A stretch of 64,000 nt of DNA, from positions 1-64,000 of the IMG/VR virus record IMGVR_UViG_3300045596_000061; one strand, 5' to 3'. Each line of letters opens with the position of its first letter. Position 1 is the stretch's first letter. The translations under genes were made by a program, and so were the position numbers. Shown here one piece after another: positions 1-8,500 of the stretch. The DNA comes from a virus. Lineage: Duplodnaviria > Caudoviricetes. The notes beneath the pieces were generated by a model. That model saw only the letters and a list, made by a program, of their open reading frames with translations. It was not told the origin of the DNA and made no database searches.

Positions 1-24
1 TAAATAAATAAAAATAAAATAGTT

Positions 25-339
25 ATGATATACAATAGTATTATACCTCCTAAAGGGTTTAAATGTATTAATTTATTTGGTATTGTATTTGCCAGAAAGG
101 ATGTAAAAGTATTACAAAGAGATATACATCATGAGAAGATACATACAGCACAAATGAAAGAATTGCTGTTTATCTTTTTCTATATTATCTATCTTACTGA
201 ATACTTTATAGGACTTATAAAATATAAAAATAAGCATGATGCTTATAGAGGAATATCCTTTGAAGTAGAAGCTTATGAGTATCAAAATAAGCCTACATAT
301 CTTAGAAGTAGAAAACATTTTGCACAATGGAAAAAGTAG
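25..339 (+). CDS. small zincin-like protein (HExxH)
   Basis: HHEKIHTAQ motif, a hydrophobic segment, then ISFEVEAY supplying a candidate third Glu ligand. Confidence 0.55.
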   Translation: MIYNSIIPPKGFKCINLFGIVFARKDVKVLQRDIHHEKIHTAQMKELLFIFFYIIYLTEYFIGLIKYKNKHDAYRGISFEVEAYEYQNKPTYLRSRKHFAQWKK

Positions 340-347
340 TATAAAAT

Positions 348-572
348 ATGCTTAATATAAAGAGATTTTTAAAAATAGACAGTAATAGTATAGAGCAAAG
401 AGCCAAAGAAGCTGCTGTTGATATTTTCAACATTAATACAGACAATTTAGATGATGCCTATCTTACATGTCTGAATATAAGAATAACTATTCCTAAAGAT
501 GATAATCTATTAGACAGGTTAGCATCTTTAAGGAAAGAATACATTAACAATATAATAAATATTAAAAAATGA
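348..572 (+). CDS. hypothetical protein
   Basis: ORF packed co-directionally; stop lies in the 4-nt overlap with the next ATG (ATGA). Confidence 0.6.
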   Translation: MLNIKRFLKIDSNSIEQRAKEAAVDIFNINTDNLDDAYLTCLNIRITIPKDDNLLDRLASLRKEYINNIINIKK

Positions 573-1126
573 AATTAGCATCACATAATAGTTGGTCATT
601 TAATAAACCTGCAAAGTGGTATATGAAACCTTTTCAGTTTATAGCAAAATGCCAGTCTAAAAATATAAAAGAGCAGTATAATGCAGGAGTAAGACTGTTT
701 GACCTTAGAGTAAGATTTGTAAAAAAGCATCCTTATTTATATCATGGAACAATGTGCTTTGGTAGATTAAACTATGATGATTTAGAATATCTTGATAAGC
801 TAAAAGATGTTACTGTAAGAGTAATGCTTGAATTTAATTCAGAGCCAAAGGATATAAAGGATCAGATTTCTATGTTTAGAGACTTTGTTATTAATCTTAC
901 TGCAACATTTTGCAGTACTAAATTTGTTGGTGGAAGAGTTAAATATTCATGGGAAACAGTAGTATCTAACTTATATGATATAGAGCCTGATATTGACAAT
1001 CAGTATAGTTCTGCTAAAGGTAATAAGATTGATAACTTATATCCTAAAGCATGGGCTGATAAGAATAATACTAAAGTATTAGCAGCAGGTACTACTAAAC
1101 CTTGGTTAATGATGGATTTCATTTAA
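569..1126 (+). CDS. PI-PLC X-domain-like phosphodiesterase
   Basis: ASHNS...CQ...I.EQY.AGVRLFDLRV...YHG matches the bacterial PI-PLC signature, with both catalytic His. Confidence 0.75.
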   Translation: MKLASHNSWSFNKPAKWYMKPFQFIAKCQSKNIKEQYNAGVRLFDLRVRFVKKHPYLYHGTMCFGRLNYDDLEYLDKLKDVTVRVMLEFNSEPKDIKDQISMFRDFVINLTATFCSTKFVGGRVKYSWETVVSNLYDIEPDIDNQYSSAKGNKIDNLYPKAWADKNNTKVLAAGTTKPWLMMDFI

Positions 1127-1137
1127 ATATTCAATAG

Positions 1138-1190
1138 AATTACATATAATAATATTGATAAATATTTTATTAATATTATTATATGTAATT
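1138..1190. repeat. long AT-rich inverted repeat (19-bp perfect arms, extendable to about 25 bp)
   Basis: AATTACATATAATAATATT ... AATATTATTATATGTAATT, intergenic. Confidence 0.9.
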
Positions 1191-1206
1191 TAAACTAAAA
1201 TAAATT

Positions 1207-1422
1207 ATGAAAGTAAAATATATAAAACCAGTAATTACAATAGTGAAAATTGATAAAAGCACTTTATTATGTGTATCATCAGATACAACTATTCCTGACC
1301 AAAAGCAGCATTGCTCTAATTGTAAATGGAATCCTGATGGCACAGAGGCATGGCACTGTGACCATAGTAAAAATCCATGGACAGGGAAGCCCTTTTATCC
1401 AGACTGTGACTTCTATAATTAG
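1207..1422 (+). CDS. small Cys-rich peptide with Bacteroidota-type MKxxYIKP leader
   Basis: MKVKYIKPVITIVKIDKSTLLCVS N-terminus; CxxC...C...C C-terminus. Confidence 0.6.
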   Translation: MKVKYIKPVITIVKIDKSTLLCVSSDTTIPDQKQHCSNCKWNPDGTEAWHCDHSKNPWTGKPFYPDCDFYN

Positions 1423-1442
1423 TATTATAAAAATATAAAACT

Positions 1443-1637
1443 ATGATGTTAACAATTTATATATTAATAGCCTTAGTTACTGCCATTTTATCATATATAG
1501 CTATGATGATTCTATGTGTAGATAAATCAGAAAGCATATTAGACTGTCTGACAATATATCTCTTCCTTGCTTTAGGATTAGGAATACTCTGGTTTATAAC
1601 TATTCCAATAGCAATAGTAGGGTTTATAGTAGAATAA
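1443..1637 (+). CDS. small membrane protein
   Basis: two long hydrophobic segments. Confidence 0.6.
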   Translation: MMLTIYILIALVTAILSYIAMMILCVDKSESILDCLTIYLFLALGLGILWFITIPIAIVGFIVE

Positions 1638-1655
1638 TTATTAATAAATTAAAAT

Positions 1656-2018
1656 ATGACAAGAGAAGAAGAAATACAGCAAGCAGCTAGTAAGATATGT
1701 AAGGATGAAAGATTTGAAGAATCTTATAATCCTGTTGAATGCTTTATTGCAGGTGCATCTTTTGCAGATACACATCCTATAAATCAGTGGCATGACCTTA
1801 GAAAGAATCCTGATGATTTACCTACTAAAAATGGCTATGATTGGGTTCTTACTATGTTTAAAGATTCTAGAGATGGATTTATAGGTTTGCCTCATATAGC
1901 AGAAATTAGAAAAGATGGGTTATGGCATACAACAGATGATGATGATTGGGTTTCTACTAAAGAAGTGTTAGGAGATGCTATTGCATGGATGCCAATACCT
2001 AAATTTAAAGGGAAATGA
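1656..2018 (+). CDS. DUF551-like phage protein
   Basis: WHDLRKNPDDLP...VL...DGLW...IAWMPIP pattern. Confidence 0.6.
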   Translation: MTREEEIQQAASKICKDERFEESYNPVECFIAGASFADTHPINQWHDLRKNPDDLPTKNGYDWVLTMFKDSRDGFIGLPHIAEIRKDGLWHTTDDDDWVSTKEVLGDAIAWMPIPKFKGK

Positions 2019-2311
2019 TTATGAATATTTCTATTGCAATTATAATTATACTGTTAGTTGCCACTAATTATTTTCTTATATATAGAAATTATAAAGTGTA
2101 TATACTCAGAAATAAAATTATAGACTTATGCAGTGAGTATAATAGCAGACATATTGATAAGCATTATCCTTATAAGTTCTTTAAAAGTAGAAGTGATGCT
2201 TATGCTTGGTTCTTAAATAAGTATTCTTACATAGATATGACATTCAGCTTTAAGAAATTAGAGTTGGAATGCTGGTACACTAAAGAAGAAATTAGTAAAC
2301 TTAAAAATTAA
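2015..2311 (+). CDS. hypothetical protein with N-terminal TM helix
   Basis: ATGA overlap with upstream gene; hydrophobic N-terminus. Confidence 0.6.
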   Translation: MIMNISIAIIIILLVATNYFLIYRNYKVYILRNKIIDLCSEYNSRHIDKHYPYKFFKSRSDAYAWFLNKYSYIDMTFSFKKLELECWYTKEEISKLKN

Positions 2312-2315
2312 AGTC

Positions 2316-2585
2316 ATGATAAAAGAAGAATTGAAGCTATTCTTCAATAATTATGAGTTCATTAGTAACAGATGTGTATATATCATTCATGAGCTGAAGG
2401 ATGTCTTAGAGTGTAATAGACCTTATTATGAAGACTTTGACACTGACCCAAAACACGAGAATCTGCACATCTGCTATTCTGATTACTATACAAATGACCT
2501 TTACTATATAAGCATTTCATTTGATGATTTTTTAGGCGATATTGATTTATTCATTAAAAACTTTAAAGCAAATGTTCACAAATAG
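2316..2585 (+). CDS. hypothetical protein
   Basis: co-directional packed ORF. Confidence 0.55.
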   Translation: MIKEELKLFFNNYEFISNRCVYIIHELKDVLECNRPYYEDFDTDPKHENLHICYSDYYTNDLYYISISFDDFLGDIDLFIKNFKANVHK

Positions 2586-2621
2586 AACTGCTGACGTTAC
2601 ATCTACTGATGTCAAAGAAAT

Positions 2622-2663
2622 TCAGATGTATTTGCAGAAGACTGGGAAATAATAAACGAATAG
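2622..2663 (+). pseudogene. possible C-terminal remnant of a DUF2829/Tad2-like gene
   Basis: orphan frame reads SDVFAEDWEIINE*, like the D.(L/F)A.DW end of DUF2829; in-frame TGA at 2607-2609 and no start. Confidence 0.35.
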
Positions 2664-2690
2664 AAAAATAAATAAATAAATAAAAAATAT

Positions 2691-3485
2691 ATGAGTAAAG
2701 TATTTTTAGGAGGAACTTGTAATAATTCATTATGGCGTGAACGTCTAATAACAATGTTAAATGTTGATTATTTCAATCCAGTTGTAGAAAATTGGACGGA
2801 GGAATCTAAAAAGAATGAAGAAAATGAGAAGATTCTTTGTGATATTCATTTATATGTAATCACTCCTCTTATTCAAGGAACTTTTTCAATAGCTGAGGCT
2901 GTAAATGATTCAGTAAGGATACCCAAGCAAACAATTCTTTGTGTTTTACAAAGTGATGATTCTATAACTCCAGAACTTCCTGCAACTTTTAATGAGTCTT
3001 TAAAGAGGTCCATGTTCGCGGTAGAAAAGCTTGTTGAGTCTAATGGCGCATTTGTAGTGCATTCTTTAAAAGAGGTTGCAGATTTGATTAATGAGACTAC
3101 TACTAAAGGTGTAGCTTTATATTCAATTCTTTCCAATGGAATAGTTAAGATTCAAACAGAAAAAACTGTTGATTCTATTTCCGATGGATTTCATACTTTC
3201 AAGGAATTGTATGAATACAGGAAATTGTATAATGCCGCTTTCTTTAATGAGTACGCCAAGTATGGTAGTGTAATTAAATCTAAAAGACATAACACAGGTG
3301 AAGAATGTTTTGGAGGCGGATGGTTTATAGTAATGGCAAAACTGCCAACTGGACAAATATCCAATCATTATGAATTAAAAGATTGGGATTTATTTAAATG
3401 CAAAGAAGTTGAGAAAGCTTGGAAGTGGGATGGGCATACCCCTCAGGATGTAGCTAAAAGACTTGAAAACTATCTAAAAAACTAA
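2691..3485 (+). CDS. fusion of nucleoside 2-deoxyribosyltransferase-like domain and WDGH domain
   Basis: N-half VFLGGTC..S.WR..L...YFNPVV..W...LYVITP...G.FSIAE; C-half ISDGFHTFKELY...GGWFIV...LPTGQISNHY...WDGHT. Confidence 0.7.
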   Translation: MSKVFLGGTCNNSLWRERLITMLNVDYFNPVVENWTEESKKNEENEKILCDIHLYVITPLIQGTFSIAEAVNDSVRIPKQTILCVLQSDDSITPELPATFNESLKRSMFAVEKLVESNGAFVVHSLKEVADLINETTTKGVALYSILSNGIVKIQTEKTVDSISDGFHTFKELYEYRKLYNAAFFNEYAKYGSVIKSKRHNTGEECFGGGWFIVMAKLPTGQISNHYELKDWDLFKCKEVEKAWKWDGHTPQDVAKRLENYLKN

Positions 3486-3516
3486 AGATACATTCGCAGA
3501 AAACTAAAAAAATAGT

Positions 3517-3693
3517 ATGTGGAAAGTAACTTACACATATTGGTTTTCCTCCTTTATGGGTGGAGAAACAAGAGAAGAGTGGCATTTATACAATGTCACT
3601 AACGCAGATGATTTAGAAACAGCTATTAAAGGTAAGGTTTCTGAATTACAGCGTAATTATACTCATGTGGGTTTTAATATAGAAAAAGTATGA
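3517..3693 (+). CDS. small hypothetical protein (58 aa, not in ORF track)
   Basis: MWKVTYTYWFSSFMGG...IEKV*; stop overlaps next ATG. Confidence 0.5.
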   Translation: MWKVTYTYWFSSFMGGETREEWHLYNVTNADDLETAIKGKVSELQRNYTHVGFNIEKV

Positions 3694-3839
3694 GTAAAAC
3701 TTACAAAGAACAGGCTGTTTGGGATTATATACATAGTTCCAGACAGCTATCTCAAAAACTCCTCAAAGGAGTGAAGAATTACTTTGAAAGATGTAATTAT
3801 AACAGACTTGACCAGTCATGCAAAATGCAGGAACTTTAG
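3690..3839 (+). CDS. small hypothetical protein (49 aa, not in ORF track)
   Basis: MSKTYKEQAVWDY...QEL*; ATGA overlap. Confidence 0.4.
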   Translation: MSKTYKEQAVWDYIHSSRQLSQKLLKGVKNYFERCNYNRLDQSCKMQEL

Positions 3840-3898
3840 ACAAAATAACAAATGGCACAGAATAAGAAGTATGTGCTAAATTAATTAAATAATAAAAA

Positions 3899-4312
3899 AT
3901 GAGAGATGATAAATTAAATGTATGGCTTAATGGCTCAGTTACTAATCCAAAGGGAGTTATTAAAGCATTAACTAATCTTGGAGGACTAAATAAAAATGGA
4001 TTTAGTGGGCTTGCTTACTGTAGTATATATTTTATTAATGAAAATTTAGTTATTAACATGCTTCCACAGGAGTTTTCCTTTGCTAAACTTATTAAAAAAG
4101 TATTTCATGAAATACAACCAGCAGTAGCATTGCAACCATTTGATAAAGTATTAGTAAGAGATACTAGAATGGGTTATACTGAGTGGAGAGCTGATGTTTT
4201 TTCACACATGAAAGATACTGAATATCAGTGTGTTGGTAGTATATGGCAAGAGTGTATTCCTTTTAAAGGTAATGAATATTTATTGGGTACAACACTTTCA
4301 CCAAAGAATTAA
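3899..4312 (+). CDS. conserved Bacteroidota-phage hypothetical protein
   Basis: LQPFDKVLVRD...W...FSH...CIPF.GNE.LLGT pattern. Confidence 0.6.
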   Translation: MRDDKLNVWLNGSVTNPKGVIKALTNLGGLNKNGFSGLAYCSIYFINENLVINMLPQEFSFAKLIKKVFHEIQPAVALQPFDKVLVRDTRMGYTEWRADVFSHMKDTEYQCVGSIWQECIPFKGNEYLLGTTLSPKN

Positions 4313-4323
4313 TACTCTGTCCC

Positions 4324-4524
4324 ATGAAGAGAATTAAAAAAGTAGCAAGAAAGTATGCAGGTCTTAGTAGCTGTAAAAACTGCCCATTCTTTAATAAGTG
4401 TAATCTTGATAGAATAACTGTCTGTATTAATGAAAAAGTAAAAGCCTTTATTAGAGGTGCTAATTGGGCTAATAAACAAAATTCTTTAAAAAATAAATAT
4501 GAAACTGATAAATCAGAGTCTTGA
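4324..4524 (+). CDS. small Cys-rich hypothetical protein
   Basis: CKNCPFFNKC...C and AFIRGANWA motif. Confidence 0.55.
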   Translation: MKRIKKVARKYAGLSSCKNCPFFNKCNLDRITVCINEKVKAFIRGANWANKQNSLKNKYETDKSES

Positions 4525-5356
4525 AATTATACCTCAGGAAGAAGGTTTTGAAGGTATATATAAGAATATAGAGATAGCAGGTAGAACTTGTTATAAAAGT
4601 GAGAATAAGATTACTAAAGATAGTGCTAAAGATTTTACTCAAAGAATGATTAATAGCGGACATTTAGCCATGCTTGAGTTTGGTACTGTATATCTTAAAT
4701 TTCCTATATCAGGAATAATGAATCAGATACAAGACCATACTTATATGGATTATGTACATAATAAATACTCTAAAACTAAAGATATATTGTCTTTTAGTAA
4801 TCCAAATAATACTATCCCTATGAGATATTGTTATATTACTACAAACTATCGTGTTTTAATAGAAAACCATTGGGAAGATGATTTAAAGTATATGTGTGAG
4901 CCTACTAAGTATCATTATAAAAGAGTGCATGTTAAGTTTACTACTAACAGGCAAATAGCTAATGAGTTTGTAAGACACAGAGTATTCAGTTTTGCTCAAG
5001 AAAGCACAAGATACTGTAATTATAGTAAAGATAAATTTGGAAGCATGATTACCTTTATTAAACCATGGTGGTATGATACAGGCAAGGATACATTATCTGA
5101 TAGGTTCTTTATAGAGGAATTAAAAGCTATTGAATCTGAATATGGTAATCTTACTGTAGGTAAATTAGGGTCTGCACAAGCAGCTGCTCAAATATTACCT
5201 TTATGTACTAAAACTGAACTTAATATGTGTGGATTTATTAGTGATTGGAAACATTTCTTTGAACTTAGAGATAGTAGTAATGCACACCCCCAAGCTCAAG
5301 AATTAGCACATAAACTTAAAGAAAAATTTATACAAATGAAATTAATAGAGGAGTAA
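4499..5356 (+). CDS. thyX: FAD-dependent thymidylate synthase ThyX
   Basis: AGRTCYKS, GHLAMLEF, RHRVFSFAQESTRY (RHRx7S), HFFELR...AHPQ. Confidence 0.95.
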   Translation: MKLINQSLEIIPQEEGFEGIYKNIEIAGRTCYKSENKITKDSAKDFTQRMINSGHLAMLEFGTVYLKFPISGIMNQIQDHTYMDYVHNKYSKTKDILSFSNPNNTIPMRYCYITTNYRVLIENHWEDDLKYMCEPTKYHYKRVHVKFTTNRQIANEFVRHRVFSFAQESTRYCNYSKDKFGSMITFIKPWWYDTGKDTLSDRFFIEELKAIESEYGNLTVGKLGSAQAAAQILPLCTKTELNMCGFISDWKHFFELRDSSNAHPQAQELAHKLKEKFIQMKLIEE

Positions 5357-5398
5357 CTATAATAGTTACTACTTTATAATAGTTGTAATTACATTGAG

Positions 5399-5440
5399 AG
5401 GAGAGGATAAGTAAATTACTTATACTCTCCTTATTTTTTT
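5399..5440 (+). terminator. intrinsic terminator after thyX
   Basis: GGAGAG-G-ATAAGTAA / TTACTTAT-A-CTCTCC stem followed by a T tract. Confidence 0.8.
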
Positions 5441-5448
5441 CTATCTTA

Positions 5449-5482
5449 ATTGTATATAATAATAAAATTATTTATCTTTGCA
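5449..5482 (+). promoter_or_regulatory. Bacteroidota housekeeping-type promoter for the RNAP operon
   Basis: ATTG(TA) about 20 nt upstream of TATCTTTG(CA) at 5473-5480 (TAnnTTTG -7 box). Confidence 0.75.
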
Positions 5483-5504
5483 TCAAATTATAAATTATTT
5501 AAAA

Positions 5505-8500
5505 ATGGGACAATCTTGCACAATTATACCAGATAGTACTCTTAAAGAGTATGCTCAAAGTATTGGTATTCCTAAGGAGACAGCTAATATGCTCTATGGG
5601 AAGATAATAGATAAGCATATAAAGGGAAACAGGACTGATAATAAAGTAACTGAGAAAGAACTTAGAGATGAATATATAGCATCTGATGACTTTCATAAGT
5701 TGCCTGATAATTATAATATAGAAGAGTCTAATAAAACAGTGGTATCTGAAGATAGTAATAAAATGATAGAAGCAAATCATTCATTAATCAGTTATGCTGA
5801 TAATGATATGTCTTCTATGACCTTAAATAAGGTAGAGAGTCTTGATTTCTACCTGAATAAAGTATTACCAAAGGAATATCAGACACAGTTTTTTAAGGAT
5901 AGTTTAAATGAAATTTCTAAAAAAGGAGCCTTTATAAAATATTATGAGATATTTAGAGAGGAAGCAACTAGTAATATATTACAAAATAATGGTAAAGAAG
6001 TAGCATCAACTATATCTGATATAGCTGCTTACAGAGCTTCTCAGTATATAAAAGCATTAAGTGCTAATAAGCAATCACATACTAAATTCTTCGATATACA
6101 AGGCTATTTTAATATAACTCCTATACAAAGTGTAGATAAAAAAGCTTCTATCAAATCAAGTATTGCTACTCAATTTATAGGATTTGGAGAAGGTATTGCT
6201 AATTCTTCTACTGAGTCTTATAGAAAACAAGCAGGAGAGTATGCTAATACAGGACACTATAGTAGTAATGATGTAATATTTATATCTATTGTAGGAAAAA
6301 GAGGAGATGCTATTACTAGAAAAGAACAGCAGGATAAAACCATTAAGGAGGCATTAAAAGCTATTGCAGCTGGGGCTACTTTAATTACTGATAATAAAGC
6401 TTATACAGATTCTTCAGATTATAATGAAGGAGAAAAAAGACTTGCAAAAAATCTAGAAGCTGAGGGATATACATATTCAGAAACTATAGTTAGTGGTCAA
6501 ACACTAGGAGTGTGGACTAATAATGGTGATAAAAGAGATATTTTAGAATTAGCTAATAAGAAGTTTAAAGAAAGAAGCACTTCTGCAATAAAAGAACAAA
6601 GTAGTAATATATATTCTCAGTTAGGAAGTAAAACTAAATCAGAGAATATAGAATTAGTATCTTGGGGTTCTTTAAAAAATTTAACTTCACCCCTTACATC
6701 AAATGGGGAAATTGTAGCAACACGTCTTAAAGGAGATACTTCAGCAAATTTTGGCAATACTTTTACTCCTGATAGTAAGATTAAAAGAAACAATAAACTA
6801 CTAACCTTGGTAAACAATACAAAAGAGGCAGTAACAAAGTATATTGAAGCAGTATTATATTCTAATGACAGTCATTATAAATGGATTAGAGAGCAGATAC
6901 AATCTGGAAACTTAAAAGGTAAAAAGATTCTATACTACACAGAATTAAATGAACCCTCACATGCAACAGCATTGGATTGGTTAATTAATAGTAAGGATAG
7001 TCCACTAAATATAAATAATCAAAATAGTAGTAAATTAGAAGAACAATCTTCTCTGCCAGATATAAAGACTCCTAAAGAAGCAAGTGCTTATGTAAGTCCT
7101 GATAAAGATACACCAAGAGCTAAGTTAGGTAGGGATATGTCTCCTATAGAGATATATAATAGAAAGCTCAAACTTGCAAGAGACTTCAGCGGTAAAATTA
7201 ATATAGCATTAAGAAAGCAAATTAGAGAAGCACAGGACAGACTTAATGCACTTGATGTGAATGACCCTGATTATGCAAAGAAATCTGAGGATATAAATAA
7301 TGAGATTAAAGCTCTTAGAGATAGTGAGCAGGGAAGAAGGCAGTTACTAACTACTACTCTTAAGCCTGAAGACATCTTTAATATGATGAGAGAGGACTAT
7401 AAAGAGATAGTAAATTACTCAGATGAAGACTTGGAAGATGCTTATGGTAAAGATTGGAGGCATGTAAAAGAAGGTTATATAAAGATTCTTAATAATTTTG
7501 ATGCTCTTGTAGAAGAATCTATGCCATTAGTAGAACATGCAGAAAAGTTTAAAGTAATTACAAAAAGAATAGATAATAAAAAAGGTAGAGATACCTTATC
7601 CGGAGAAACTAAAGACTCACAGGATTTAACAGATACTGAAGAAGCTGAAAATGGGGATGATGAAAATGGTAAAAGAGTTAATGGCAGTGAGGGATGGTCA
7701 GAGAATATAAGATTTCAGGATTCCTATGATACTCAAAGAGCAGAAACAAGGCAAGTTTTGAGTAATATAATGGAGGTGAAAATTGATTCTGATGGTAGAG
7801 AAGTAACACAGACTGATGACTTACAAGAGCCTAAATATCTAAGAGAGGATTATGCTCATGCAGTAATGTTGTCTGAGTTAGCTCCAATGCTTATAAATCC
7901 TGATGATTTCTCTACAAAGACTAAAAAAGAGGATGGTACTTATGAATATACTCTTCCTGCATTAGACAAGCTTGTAAAAAAGTATCCTTGGATGGGGCAA
8001 GTAGAAGTTAGATTACTTCATGACCCAAGACTTATAAGTATATTTTATAATGATATGAGGAAAGACTTTGTACCAAGATGGATGCAAAGGGATAATAAGA
8101 CTTTTCCCCTTAATATGGAATTACCTGTAAAGAGTATGCTTAAAGGAGTAAGTACAGCATATACTCTTAGCACTTACTTCACAAAAACTCCTATTTATGG
8201 CTCTAACTTTACTGTAAATAGTACCAATGCAAAGAAAGTAAATGATAATCTTACCTTACTTGCAAAAGAAGTAGCTAAAGCAAAGAAGCAAAATATTTTA
8301 TTGTCTAATGAAGTATATGATGGAATAGCTTATACACTTGCTTCTGTAGGATTTGATATTTCAGTAGACTCCTTAAAGGCATTATCATTAAATGGACTTA
8401 GAGATGTATGTAATGATTTAGGTAGTATTCTTGATATAGCAGAAAAAGGAAATATAGACTTAAATGGTCTTATGCAGAATACTCTTAACATGAAAAAACA

